The notes beneath the pieces were generated by a model that saw only the letters and a list, made by a program, of their open reading frames with translations, ran no database searches and had not been told where the DNA came from. The position numbers and the translations under genes are program-made. This document shows, in pieces, positions 40,897 to 54,294 of a stretch of DNA of 64,000 bases. Every line of letters starts with the position of its first letter. Position 1 is the stretch's first letter. Source of the stretch: Lama guanicoe (taxonomy: Eukaryota); contig MU053559.1 in NCBI GenBank assembly GCA_013239625.1, positions 992,001 through 1,056,000 of the forward strand, written 5' to 3'.

Positions 40897-41357
40897 TATG
40901 GGAGAGTAGGTTCTTGTCTCGTCGCAGAAAGAATTCAGAGACGAGACATGGAGGTCAAGAAAATAACGTGAGGATTTCTTAAGTGGTAGGATGCTCTCAA
41001 GGGGTGAGCGGGCAGACTCAGGTGAGCAGTTGCACGGAGCTTCTTTGGCAAGCTGGTCACATACATAAAAATGAATGGGTGGAATATTCATTGGGGAGGA
41101 AGGAGTTTGGGGTCATTTCCATCCCAGCTCCACCTTCCTGAGGGGAGGAGGGATTTTTGTCCTTATTTAGTCTGGGTCGGAAGTGTTATGGCATCAGTGC
41201 ATGATGGGTGCTTCTAATCTGCAAGGCTAATTTGATTGTAATGAGGGCATAATGAGCAAAATGTTACACTTGAATGCTAGAGATTCTTGCCTTTTCCCAC
41301 CTTTCTTTGTCTGCCTCCAGGACACTTGGCACCTCTGTTCATCTCTAACTACCTGCA
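40897..41357 (-). mobile_element. ERV solo LTR (family unresolved)
   Basis: LTR-like composition (gaaagaattcagagacgagaca...ctctaactacctgca). Confidence 0.55.
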
Positions 41358-43972
41358 ATTCATGTTGCCACCCTGAACCAACTTCCCTGGTGAGAGCTGG
41401 GGAGGGGCCCCAAGTACCAGCCTGGCCCCAGGCTGCGGAGGCTGAGGTCACAAGAGGGTCAGGAAGGCCCAGAGCTGGTTGCGATGGAGGCGCTCCTGGC
41501 AGGAATATGGGATCACACTCGGGTCTCCTCCAAGCCATGCTGGGCTCTGAACTCTGGGCATAGCAATGCCAGCAGCTTCCAGGTAGGCAGGATCTCTTCC
41601 CCTTCCGGCCTGGGACAATCTGCTGGACTGTGGGAGAAGGAAGCAACCAACTTATAGGCATTTTCCTACTCCTGGCAGAGGCACCTGGCTTCCACAGGCG
41701 GGATGTCGGAGTGGGCAAATGCTGACTTGGGGGCCCTAATCCCCCAGCTCCCCCAAACAAGACCTGCCTCTCCCTGCGTTAGACAACCTCATGCCAGAGC
41801 TTGGCTGAATTCGAACTAGACAGGGGGTTGGGATGCTGCCAAGGTTGGGTGAGGGGCCACTGGGGTGGGAGGGTGAGGATCTGAGAACCACTCAGAGAAC
41901 CATCGGAGGCCCCCATGGCAACCTTCACCCTCGGAGGGAGCCCTTGAGTGACAGAAGGGCTTGGCCAACTTGGTCACCTCCTCTGCTCCCTTGCTTCCAG
42001 AAGCTATTTCCAGAGCTGAAAAGAGAATGGCATCCTTCTGGAACCTTGCCATGGAGGAGGCAACCTAGCACTTATTTGACACCTACTGTATGCCGGGCAC
42101 CATGCTGACTACTTTCCTCCATCCTAATTTCAAGTTTACAAGAAGCTTACAAGGGGAATGTGTCTACCTGCTTCCCCACGCCTCTTGCCTTAATTCAAGT
42201 CTTCATCCTCTCTTGCCTGGATTCTGACTTCCATTTCCTCAACTGTTCTTTGCTTCCAGACTTTTGTGTTATTTGCCTTGAGAAAGTTAGTAGATTTCAA
42301 ACTTTACTCAAACACACCAATGGCGACAAAGAACGCCAGTAAGTGACAGTCACGGTACCCAGTGTCTGGGTCAAAGGCCAAGAGGGAGCTCTTGAGAGCC
42401 AGTCAGGCCCTGTCTGCCCACACCCCCCAACTCCTTGCTGTCACTTTTGACATCAGTTAAACACAGGCAGGAAACAAAGTCACTTTCAAGAAGGCTGAGC
42501 TCCACCTCATTACCAAGATGTCCCTCAGGTTCTGAGGGAAAAAGGGAAATGGGAGAGGCCAACCTGCTCCCTGCACTTGGCCTGCTCCATCCACAGCCCC
42601 ACAGTCACCCAGGTCCTGGCTGGGACGTGGGGCAGAGGAGAAGCCAGGAAGACACTCCCCACTCAGCGGTACTGAGAAGCTGGAGAGACTGCGGGTCACT
42701 GATCAGCTGAGACTCCCAAACCAAGAGGCAGAACTTTGGGTGGTCACTAGACTCTTCCAGGGGAAGAAATCATTCCAGAAAGAATAGCAATTTGCTTCAC
42801 ACTTGGCTTGGGTCAAATATTTCTGCGGAAATCCTAACAAATATCTCCTTTACCCCTCGCTTTGTCCTTTATACTCTGGCGACCGCCCACCTCGCCCAGT
42901 CCACACCCCCCCTTCCTGCCCCTGCTCTGGGGCGGCTTTGGGCCGTGTGAATTGGACCTGGGGCCATTACATACCTGCTTCCTCTGCCAAGAGAACCCAA
43001 CCCCTCTTTGTCTAACTTGGCAAATCCCTGCTCACCGCTCGCAGCTTTGTTCTCACGTGACTTCCTGGGGAGTAACCTTTTCTGTTCCCCTCCTGACCAA
43101 TTCTTCCCAGCTTCCCCTGGACATGTGCCCTGACTGCACTGGGCTGTAATGTCATCTTCCTCGTTCCTCCTCTGACCTCGTTCTGATTTCCCATTGCATC
43201 CCCACAGCCCGGGAGCTCTCTACATACTTGGTGAATGAGTGGATAGAAAGCTAGACGGGGAAAATGTGTGCTTTGTGAAGTGTGGCTTTGTGAACCCATG
43301 TCTAAGCTCTGAGATCTAAGCAGTGTGAATGAATCGGTGTCCAGGATGGAATCACTGGGCTCTAGTGTTTGTGGCTCTCCACCCCTGCCTCCTCCAGGCA
43401 GCCCTCCTGTTGAACTGCCTCTGCTTGGGAGGTCTGTGGGGTCCCTGGGGCAGCAGCCGGGTGGGTTCTGGAATCCACCTTCTTGTCTGGCTGCTGGGAG
43501 TCATCCCCCTCCTGGAAACCCTTCCTAGGTGTCTTGGGTCAGGCCCATCTGGTCTCTGGTTTGGAACCGCAGGAGCAATAGCTTGGTCCAAGCACAAGAG
43601 GCACCCAGAGGCATGTAGGTGGGGATTCTGGGCGAGATGGGATGTTAACTGAACCCCACCTGGGGTGACTTGACACCGGGTTTGTGGAGAGTCACTGAGG
43701 TCCCTCCTGGCCCCACGTGGATTGACTCAGCTTAGGGGCTGGACCAGGAGAAGGCCCTTGGGCCAGGAGACTGGTTTGGACTTGAGGTTATTCTGAATCG
43801 GGGAAGGGGGAATTTTGGTCCCTGGCAGCTTAGGCTTGAGAGATCGGCAAAGGGTGTGGGGAGGGGGCTGCCTCCTGTCCTCCACAAGCCCCTCCACCCG
43901 CTCCTGAACAGTTGTCCTGCCATCTTGAAGCGCCACCATTGGGCATTTCCAGGGTCCTGGACCATGGAGTTG

Positions 43973-44460
43973 TGACAAAGATTCTCTTCTTGACCAAACT
44001 CTGCTCACGCTCCCCTGAACTTTTCAACTAGGACTCGTCTTTTGTGTTCATCTCTGCACTGTCCAATTTTAGTAAGAATCCTTTTAAGTCAGTATAATCA
44101 GAACACCTCATTCTCCATAGCTGATCACCCTGGATAGCTGGGTTCCTCACCCTCCACCTTTCCCCAGGTGATGTCTGATCACCATCGCTGCCCTCAGCAA
44201 GACTCCTGTTAGATGAGTTGAGCCAGAATCCCACCTTACCCCTGACATTTCCTCTTAGTAATTTTCCACCCACTGATACGCTCCTCGCCCCCACTGCTCC
44301 TTGGTGATAAATTCTCACTTGCCCATTCGGTATTCAGAATTAAACCTGGTACTATATTGAGGTCTCTTTTACCCTATTGCAACAGTCCTGATGCAATAGT
44401 CCTGAATAAAATCCGTTTTCACCATTTTAACTACTGTCCAGCTCTGGTTTTTCTTGGACA
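43973..44460 (+). mobile_element. MER31-like ERV1 solo LTR
   Basis: TGACAAAGATTCTCTTCTTGACCAAACT start, internal gatcaccct repeats, AATAAA near 44405. Confidence 0.8.
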
Positions 44461-44469
44461 ACGGCAGGT

Positions 44470-45240
44470 CCCCACCACAGAGACCCCAGGCCCCTGACTC
44501 TTGTGTCCCACTTCCTCTGCCCGCAGGAGGAGGCTTTGGGGGCCAGGGCTGTGCCTTCCCCATGGACCCTCCCCCACCAGGCTCGGTCCTTTACGGCACC
44601 CCATACAGGGGGCCCAGAAAGCCAGAGACCAGGAACCGCAAAGAGGGGTCCCGGGCCCTGGCGGCCAGCGGCCACTGCTCAAGATCAGCCTCTCTCCCGC
44701 CACCGCTGCCACCGCGCTGGGAGGGACCCGGACCCTGTCGCCGGCGGTCCCTGCCCGCCTGGGCTCCATCTAGGCCAGCTCTTTCCCTCAGTCTGACGAC
44801 AGCAGCTAGTTCCGCAAGGGGTTCCTCGAGTTGGGAGCCCTAAATTAATAAGCGGACGACTGGAGAGGAACAGGGGACCAAGGGGTGAAGAAAAAGCCAT
44901 GCAGAAGCAAAATGGAGGAGGCGAAGGCGGCAACGGGAAAGGACTGAGAGCAGCTGCCCATTGCAGGCGCGCGGTGTGAACGGCAGGGGGAGCCAGAGAC
45001 CGCCAAAGGCCAAGGCCAAGTGCCACTGCGGCAAGGCGCCCGCCCCTTTCTCCGCAGTATGGGGGGCTGGCCTCCGCCTGCAGGCTCCGGGCCGCTCCGC
45101 CCCGATCCGCAGCCACTGCCCTGGTGACAGTCGTGCGCACTGCGGGCTCCACTCCGCGGAACCAGGGTTCTTAACGTGAGGGAGTAGCCCTCCTCCCCTC
45201 CTCTTCCTCTCCTCCCCCGCCTCCTCCATCTTCTCTATAT
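44470..45240. promoter_or_regulatory. Orphan CpG island
   Basis: High GC and CpG content, GC boxes, YY1-like AAAATGGAG near 44909; no recognisable protein. Confidence 0.5.
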
Positions 45241-46287
45241 TCATCTTCCTTTGATGTCTAGATGATGCGAAGATAAATAGAGGTGCGTGTGTGTGTGCGT
45301 GAAGTTATTTATCCAAGCATTATTTGTAAAATAGGAAACTTGAAATCACAGTTGGAGAAGAATAAATTAAGGAATCCAAGGGTAGACAGTCTTTCTAAAA
45401 ATATTCGGAAACCTTTACAAATATCGTTTAGCAAGTCCAGGTAACATCATGGGAAAATGATTTTCATGTAATAGTAAAATGAACAATGCAAGAGACACGT
45501 GTAAAAATGTTAACTATACACAGAAAAGGTATGACAACCCAAACTCCCCCTAAATATGAATAATGATTTGGTACATGTGTGATAATGCTTTTCCAGATCT
45601 TACATATTGATAGATTATATAGAAATGCATACAGAAAGAAAATGAAGCCTTCCCTTTTTACAAATAAAGGAAGCAAGCTGCATCCGGCGCTGTGGCTGGG
45701 CAGGAGGGGGAGCCTGGGCAGGGCTGGAGTTGGACAAGAGGGCTTTCTCATTGATGCCACGTCAGCTGTCCCCCACCCTCAGGCCCTTGGATCTACCCTT
45801 ACCCATCTCTGCAACCTGCCATTCTCTGCTCCCCTTCCCCTGTGCCTGCCCAGGTATCCCTGCCTTATGATCCCCACCCCCAACCACATCCCCCAAACCC
45901 AAAAATCTTACTCCATAGGCTTCTTGAAATAATCTCCTGTTAATATTTCTCTGCTCAAAATATTTAAGAATCTCTCAACTGATCTGGTGAATTGAAGAAA
46001 TCTCCACGCCTGGCATTGGAAGCACTCACATTTCGGCCGGGGTTTAGGGGTTCTCGGTAAGTGCTTCCTGGGGGGCAGCGTTCCATTCCCCAATCCTCCT
46101 CGCCCGCTGATGGTACTCAGCAACCCATGCCCCTGGGTCCTGGGTCCTGAGCCCTGATGGGCAATACAGAGCACCTGGATGTGTTAACAGACGCCTTTGG
46201 TGTAATGGGTGCGATTGAAGTAAAAAGACACACAGGTGATGAAAGCAGCTCTCCTGCCCCTTTCCTGTTTACCCATTCCTGTCCCTC

Positions 46288-46791
46288 TGTAACCTTAAAA
46301 AACCTAATTATAGGAATGAGATGACTAAACAATTGAAACTAACTCCTGACTTATGCTGTCCTGAATGCACACCATGCCTTGCCTAACCTGTTGATTCTTT
46401 TCCTAGATTAAAATAAGTAAGAATGAAGAATTAAGCAGTTAAAGGATGACTAGGTCTCTACCCCCAACAGCCCCCTTGGCCATCCTGCAGGCAGATCACG
46501 AGGGCAAGATAACATCTGAAGAGAGAGTCAGCTATCTGCACGCAATGGAGAAGGATGCAGAACCCAACCTCCTGCCTCGACAAGTCACTGAGATTCTTCC
46601 CCCCATTTTTCCCTTTAAAAACTGTCATGGCCGAGCAGAATCTTCAGAGTTGGTCTCTGGACACGAGTCCACTTTCTCCCCAGATTGCTGGCTTTTCTGG
46701 TTAAAGCACCTTTTCTTTCTATTGACGTCTGCCTCCCAATTATTGGCTTTTGAGTGGTGAGCAACCGAACCTGAGTTTGGGAACAGTAACA
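46288..46791 (+). mobile_element. ERV1-type solo LTR
   Basis: TGTAAC...GTAACA ends; ttttccctttaaaa and tattggcttttgagtggtgagcaaccgaacctgagtt motifs. Confidence 0.75.
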
Positions 46792-46835
46792 ACGCCAGGT
46801 ACATATCAGGTGCTTAATACATTTGTCCTTTGATA

Positions 46836-47110
46836 ACAGCGGGGCATTGGTTCCAGGAACCCCATGGAGACTAAAATCCTCAGGTGCTCAATTCCTTTAT
46901 ACAAAATTGTGTAGTATTTGCATATAACCTATGCACATTCTCCCGCATACTTTACTTCAAGTCTAGGTTATTACTTACATTACCGAACACAATGTAAAAA
47001 CTATGTAAATAGTTGCTAGAGCGGCAAAATCAAGTTTCGCTTTTTGGAACTTTCTGGAACTTTCTTGCCTAATATTTTCCATCTTCGTTGGAACCCACAG
47101 GCACGGAAGA
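46836..47110. mobile_element. MER2/Tigger DNA transposon
   Basis: ttggttccaggaacccc...tgtagtatttgcatataacctatgcacat. Confidence 0.8.
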
Positions 47111-48734
47111 CAATATTCATTAAATGGCCACCAGTATTTCAAAATATCAGCAAACCGATGAGCAAGGTTTTAAAATACACGTTTAATTTCAAACTGTATA
47201 ATCCATCTTATGGTCACTTTCAGACACTGCACAGGCTATATATAGCCACTAAAAGTAAATTCCATTTGAGTATATCAGGCCTAGGATGGCAGGTGAAGAA
47301 TTCGAATTCAGTCCTGACCCACACAGGTGCAAAAGGACAAACTTAGCATCTTCTGTCCAAATATGAAGGGGTGCTCTGTCTTCGCCCTTCTAACCCACTG
47401 GGGCAGCAAAGAGTGGTCTCATGCTGTGCACAGGACCTGATTTACAGCTCTGGCTACAGTGGGGCTGAGCTGCTGGAAGAGCTGCCTTTTTGCCCGAAGC
47501 ACACTGGCCTCTTGGGTCTGCGCTCCCTGGGGGATGGGGCCAAGTGGCCACAAACTAAACAGGAGAAGTGACAGTGAGAAATAGAAGCCACTCCTATTTG
47601 ATTCCCCTCACTCCCCTTCTCCTCTCCTCCTACATTCTCTGCACCTGACATGTCCCTTCTCTTCCAGTTTGTCACTGTGACTGGAATAAATGGAAGGATG
47701 AGTCAGGACCTGGCTGTGCCCGAGGAGCCGGAAGGGTGGGGCCGGGTCTCTGGCTCCAACACTTCCTGTTACAAATTCGACCCCTGCCTTCAGCTGCTAG
47801 ACAAGTGGCTGGGAGGAGGTGACCAAGTGGCCAAGAATCAACACTGGTAATTTTTTTCTCTTCCCCTCAACTTTCTTTGGCTGATATTTCTGTCCAGTGT
47901 CCCAGGCTGACCTGACACTCAGCCCCACTGTCACAGCCTCCACCAGAACCTCCGTCCCCACCCTCTCCTCTACATGCCAAATTCTGATCCAGAATATTAT
48001 TAGGATGTGAAATATATGTATCTCAACATCAAGAACACATGGTGTAAAGCCACAATATTTGGTTGAGTGCATAAAGGAGTGAAAAAAAAACCCTAAGAGA
48101 AGTATCCATTTCGTTTAGAAATAAATTACTAACTTGCCTTTTATAATACACTCTTCTGTAACATTTTTTAAAGTGTGTGTATGTGGACACCAGAAAAAAA
48201 TAAATGAAAAGCTGATTTAAAAAAAAAACACAGTGTTTCTCTGAAAGTCAAAGTTAAGATTGAAATGGCTTTTTTGAGGCTCATCTGTTTAAAAGAAGGA
48301 AACTAACATCCATCTGATCATTGTCATGTCCCTTTCCATCCCCATTTCTTATCATTTTTAATATAAACTAGGGTTTATGGTTCATACAATTATCAATATA
48401 CTCTATAATAATTTTACATAATAATCTTTTTTATTATATTTTTATTTTTAATTGAAGTATAGTTGCTTTACAGTGTTGTGTTAGTTTCTGGTGTACAGCA
48501 TCATGATTCAGTTATACATATATATTCTTTTTCATAGTCTTTATCATTATAGGTTATTAAAAATTATTGAATATAGTTCCCTATGCTAAACAGCAGGACC
48601 TTGTTGTTTATTTTATAATATAATAGTTCTTTTGATCATATTTTGACATTTGGTTTTATAACAGGATTTAGAATTTTATAAACCATGATTATGTCTAATC
48701 TGCTTCAGGCCTCACTGCCAGGCCCTGCCAGGAC

Positions 48735-49010
48735 TTGCGCTGTTCAGTAGAAATATTTTGCAAGCCACATAAATAAATTTTCCTGTAGCCATTTCATAAA
48801 AAGTAAAAACAAGTGAAATTAATTTTAAGAATACGTTTCACTTAGCCCAGTATATCCTAAGTTACATTGTTTCAGCATGGAAACAATATGAAATTATTAA
48901 TGAGATATTGTACATTCCTTTTTCATACAAAATCATTGAAGTCCCACCTGTATTTTACACGTCTCAATCCCTGTGGCTAGTGGCTACAGTATGGGACAGA
49001 GAAAGTCTAG
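48735..49010. mobile_element. MER33-like hAT-Charlie DNA transposon
   Basis: gcgctgttcagtagaaata...gcaagccacat...gtggctagtggctac. Confidence 0.75.
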
Positions 49011-49339
49011 GAATTCTCCATTCTTTTACAGGCAGGATGAGGAATCTTGCATTAACTTAATTTAAAGATGAAACACCGGCATATCATTTTCAACGATGTC
49101 ATCTTAGAGAATAAGTGTGTCTAGTCATAGAGCCAAAATCATCACAGTTTTTCTTTCATACAGTGTGTTGAAAGAGAGAGCATAGCAGGTGTTTATGAAC
49201 TATGTCAACTGTATCCAATTGTTTCATCACTCATCTTTAACAACAGTGACCATTTGTTAAGCATTCACCTCATGCCAGCTCATGTGTGTTTTATGAGCCT
49301 TCTGGAAGCACATTGTTGAGAGCATGGGGCTCTGAAGCT

Positions 49340-50230
49340 TTCAATATCACAGAATGTTTTCAGAGCTGAAAGGCTCTCCGAGATCATTCAGTGCCAAGTC
49401 CTTCATTTTACAGGCTGAGAAAAGAGAAGTCACAAATGACCGGTCCAAGGCACACAGGAGAGGGACAGACATGAAGAAACCGTCTTCTTAGTGTCCACCA
49501 GGGCTTCTTACACTGCTCTAGCCAACTACAAGATGTCAAATATAGGGAAGGAAACAGCATGTGTGGTTGATATTTGTTGCGACACAGCTGGATACTGGTA
49601 AATATCCTGATTTAAGGTTAAATTCTTTTTCATTAAGAATCAGTGTCCTTCTGCTACTGTATAGCATAGGGAACTATGTTCAACATCTCTTAATAACCTA
49701 TAAAGGAAAAGAATCTATAAAAGAAAAGAAAAATAGTAGATATAGATATATACCTGAAACGAACACAACCTTGTAAATCAATAAATACTTCAAAAAAATT
49801 TTTAATGATTTAAAAAAAAGAACTTGGGGCTCTTGAGGCAAAATATCCATGGATTAATTTTGATTCGATCATTTACTGATGATGTAACTTTAAGTAAAGG
49901 CATGGACCACTCTAAACCTGTCTTGTCACCTGTAATATGGAGACAATAATAATGCCCACTGCGTGGTCATTGAAAGGATTGAATGAGGTAATTCTTATCA
50001 AGCCCTCACCCCATCGCCGGGCTCAGGCAGCCCCTCAGTGCATGGTCACCCGCTGCTACAGTACCCTACTCAGTCCTCATGACAATCCTGTCAGCTAGGT
50101 GTCAATACTTCTATTTGAGAGGTGAGGAAACTAGGATTAGGTAGCTTTTCTGAGGTTATAGGGGCTGTAAGACAATGACGTTGGTTTTTAAACCTCTATT
50201 ACTCTCACCCAGAATCCAGGATTATAACTC
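49340..50230. mobile_element. MIR remnants and an L1 3' tail (49655-49800)
   Basis: cattttacag, ctgtaatatggagacaataat and gaggaaact MIR cores; L1 tail motif. Confidence 0.65.
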
Positions 50231-50364
50231 CCATGATACGCCCCCGTCTCCATTCTCATCGTGAGCTACATACGCTGAGGAACTGGTTACATATGATTTG
50301 AGATCCATTTACTACAAGGCTTCTTACTAGGTTTTAATTAAAAAGCTCAAGATAAGTAAGTAAT

Positions 50365-51271
50365 TGTGGGTTCTGTTCGTCGTGGGTTTTGTCCAGCAAA
50401 AGTTCCACCGCAGAAGAACGAAATTACTCAAGACTTTATCAGGTCAAGAGAGTGGGAGGGAGCCAGCGACTGACTCCCCGAGCTCCTCCAAAGCTCTTGT
50501 ACTTATTGAGAATAGTCAAACAAAGAATCAAAGTGAAATACGTCATAGGAATGAGTAAGGGGCATGGTATACGTGCAGGGATGCAGATCAGCAGTTTCAG
50601 TTCGTGAAAAACAGAAACATTATAATCTTAATTTATACTTAGCGAGAAGGTTACAATATTGATAGTACGAATGGTTATTTTAAGCCTCAAACAATCCTGA
50701 GCAAGGTTACAGTGTTCCGAATAATTGACAATGAAAACCAACCCAGGCCACCACAGAGGCTCCATACTATGATCAGAAATCGTCTAAGCACGCGAAGCAG
50801 CCCAGCTGTTCCCAGCTAAGGGCTAAGCCACAGTTTTCTGTGAGCAAGAGCAGCTTACACCATCCACCTACGCCTGATGAGCGAAGCACGTCCTGCCAGT
50901 TAGGGCAGGGGACGAGTTATGGTTTTCCATAAGCACAAGCAGCCCTGAATCTATGACCTCGAACTAAGCAAAGCGACCAAACCATGTCTCTGCTTTTTAC
51001 GGCAAGGAGACAGTTTGTAGCAGTTTTCTGCTAGCAAAGCAGCTTCAAGGCAACTGGGGTAAATTCCATAGATAAGGTGGTGACTGGTACTGAGAGTTTA
51101 GGTTTTTATGCTCTTAGACACTTTGCTTTGAAATAGCAGTATAATGACAAATATAGAAAGCATTGGTTTTGATTATACATTTCTTATGTGTTTAGATAAA
51201 GATGAGAATATGATTTGGTAAAGCAATCATTACAATATCAAAGTTTGTTAACCCAAGTTTGTGCTCCCACA
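50365..51271 (-). mobile_element. ERVK/ERV2-type solo LTR, 907 bp
   Basis: TGTGGG...CCCACA termini; perfect 6-bp TSD AGTAAT at 50359-50364 and 51272-51277; strand inferred from a 5' motif shared with the 53660 LTR. Confidence 0.85.
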
Positions 51272-53659
51272 AGTAATGGCAGAAACTTTGGGGGAGCAAA
51301 GGACTCTGGAAATTAAATAGAACAATTAGAAGTCATTTTTATTGGCAGGACTTTTGGATACATTTTTTGAAAATGTGAATGGCTGTATAACTTTTTCTGT
51401 TCATAAATGGATGTCGATTGTTTACGAGAGTAAACAGAACAGCATAAGACATTTTAAAAAGGCATTCGTATTCTCATTACCCTGATAAAATCCCCAGACT
51501 TTTAAAATATATATAAATATACATGTATATGTAGTATTATGCATATTCACATATATATACATATATATATGTAGACTGACAACAGAGAAACAGACCAATA
51601 GAGAGAGTACATGTAAAGATGGAACTGGAGAAATAGTGTGTGTATATGTGTGTAAATATTTACAATATCCGGACCAGTTGGAGATGCCCTCCTGTGTGTC
51701 ACGGTCGGTCCTTCCCTGACTTGACCGGGTTTGGAGTTAGCCTGGGGTGGGCAGCCCATGGGAAGGGGGGACAGCAGGGCTGGGAGATGCACTGCAGAGA
51801 CCATCGGGAGGGACCGAGCTAGTCTGGGGAGCAAGTGGCACCTGAGAGCCCCACATGCACTTGCTGTCTGAGGACATCAGGTCCCTGTGGCGTGACCTGT
51901 GTCTCTTTCCAAGTTACTGGCAGGCAGCCCTTGGCTCTATCGGTCTCTCTCCCCTCCCTGCTACAAGCCATTGGCTGGTCCTTTAGGGATTCAGGTTTTC
52001 AGACCCAGGGGCCTGCACACTTTTTGTGGCTTCCCTACCCCTGCCCATACTTTTGCCATTTTCTTAGCCCCCTTGAGGACTAAAAAAAGTCTAGGATTAG
52101 TTTGAGGGTGCTATCTGTGTTCTGCCAGGACCCTGACTGGCAGGATAGAAATAGCCTAAAAGTATTCTTATTACTCACATTCCTTTCTCAGGTGCATTCC
52201 ACATATCTATCTTAGTATATTATGTTGTCATGATGCAACTGGTTTTTTCAGGTTCTACATTTTCTACTGCACTATTTAACGTCTGTGTCCTGAAAGTGTG
52301 CCCTGGGTCAATAACATCTACTGTCCCGAGGTACTCCGGAGAGTACCACCCTCGTGGCCTTAGTCTTGGAGGAAATACCCAAGTCCTGGCATGTGAGAGC
52401 AGTTGGCATGAGTAGAGTGTCTTTTGCTGGGACATCTCATAGCAGAACCACAGGATTATGGCCTCCTGTGTTCAGACTAGCTTTAGGCCAACAGTTGTGA
52501 ATGTCATCATGAAAATGAGGTGATGTCATGATCTTCCACGTTTTAATTGGCATCTCTCTACCAGCCATCGCGAGATTTGTAGTTTCAGCCCTTTCCCTTT
52601 TTCTCAGCTTCAGTCTCCTTGCTGTTGTTATTTGAATATTTCGCTGCTTTTACAGCAACGTTAACCTCATCTAGCTACTAGGATGTAAGCCCCAGAGGGC
52701 AGGGTCTTCATTTTGTTTGTTTGTTTGTTGTTTTATTCCTATACAGTCAACACTATATGGTAGTTGCTCAATTAAATTGATTGGATTTTGAAAAAATAAA
52801 CATTTTGTTCCTTTTATCTGAACAGTATTACAGCATGTTGCTTTAACATAACTTACTTAAACAAAACTGTATATACAGGGTTTTCTATATTTAGGGGTCT
52901 ATTGTGAATGATATTTTCATTAAATTTTAAACATATAGTTTTTAGTGATGCTGAGTAACTCTTAAAGGAAAAATTCTGAGACATGAGGCTAACATGCTAA
53001 ATGCCATGAACATTGGTGTGGTAAATGATAAGTATTGTCAAATTGCTTTCCAATAGGGACTTTAAAGACACCATAGCAATGCTAGACTAAAACACAAGTG
53101 ATTTTAAAAATATGTTTTAAAGATTTCCTTACAAATATAATCAGCACACAATCTCCTTTGCTTCCTTTTCTTTGTCTTTTTTTTTTTTCCAGCAGAAGGC
53201 TGGCTTGTCAAGCATTTGGGATGTCAGAGTAGATGTCCAGCTACTCTGGAACCTAACAATAGACTAAAGACGTAACATTGAAGTTGCATATTCATTCTTA
53301 GATACTTAAGAGGCATAAGAAGACCTTTCCAAAGTGAATTTTAGACAGTTCATTCTTGAACATATAGATAACTTGCATCTCAGAGATTTGAGAAAGCTCA
53401 TTAATATTACTATGAAACTTATGGGTAGCAGGGAATAATTGCAAAAAATGCTCAACTTCTTGTTACAAACTGCAACCGTGCTAGCAGTTTGTACCGTATA
53501 AGGATCCAAAAGAGATCTCCAGTATGTCTTCTCTATAGACTGACTAGCTAAGCCAGGAGATTGAAATGTATCTACATTATATTGATAAGGAAAACAAAAC
53601 AAAAATTTTCAATACCCAAGGCCATTGGCCAATATTAGCATCACAAAAAGAGGCACAAG

Positions 53660-54288
53660 TGCGGGGAGCCGCTCTTGACGGAGGGCTGCCGAGCACAAAA
53701 CTTGGGCGTAAAACCCCAAAGTGCAGGGCGCCAGGCTCTGAGATTGAGGCTGCCGAGCACAAAGGTTGGGCCTAAACTCCCACAGTGCGGGGCGCCCGGC
53801 TGAAAGGTCAATTGAGTCAGAACAATCTCTGTCCCGCCACCTCTTTTACTAAAGAATGCACCAGGTGCGCTAATGCCTGAGGAAACATCTTTGAGCTATT
53901 AAGTCACAAAAGACCTTCATAGAGGAACAATGTCTTAGCTTATCATCTTGGTTCCAGGAACTCTTAATCTTAGTTTTACAAGAACTGTAAACAATAATGA
54001 TGTCTGTAACAATATACAAGTTAATGGTTTTAGTACACGTTGTTAATGTGCCTTAAAACAATACCTTTGCCTACAGGCAGGAATGTATGAGCTAATGGGT
54101 TAAAATCATATAAATTGACTGCAAGAAATAAACTCGTCGTCCACTCTTGACCTAGCGTCTTGCGGGCTAGAGTGAGACCCTCTCAACCCCAACTTTTCTT
54201 GTCTTGTTGTCTCTTTGTTACGTCTTTTCTTTTCTCAGTCCTGTAGCACAGGTTTCTGGACCTGATCGATTGTCGGCTGGCTCTGACA
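53660..54288 (+). mobile_element. ERVK/ERV2-type solo LTR, 629 bp
   Basis: TG...CA; perfect 6-bp TSD CACAAG; TATAAA near 54109, AATAAA at 54127; U3 direct repeat. Confidence 0.9.
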
Positions 54289-54294
54289 CACAAG

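Noticed and set aside
47779..47799. Minus-strand LAAEGRG resembling the ZNF41 N-terminus
   Set aside because: Seven residues only, no start codon or KRAB exon nearby, and opposite to the orientation expected from recalled human synteny; no KRAB or C2H2 exon recognised in the window
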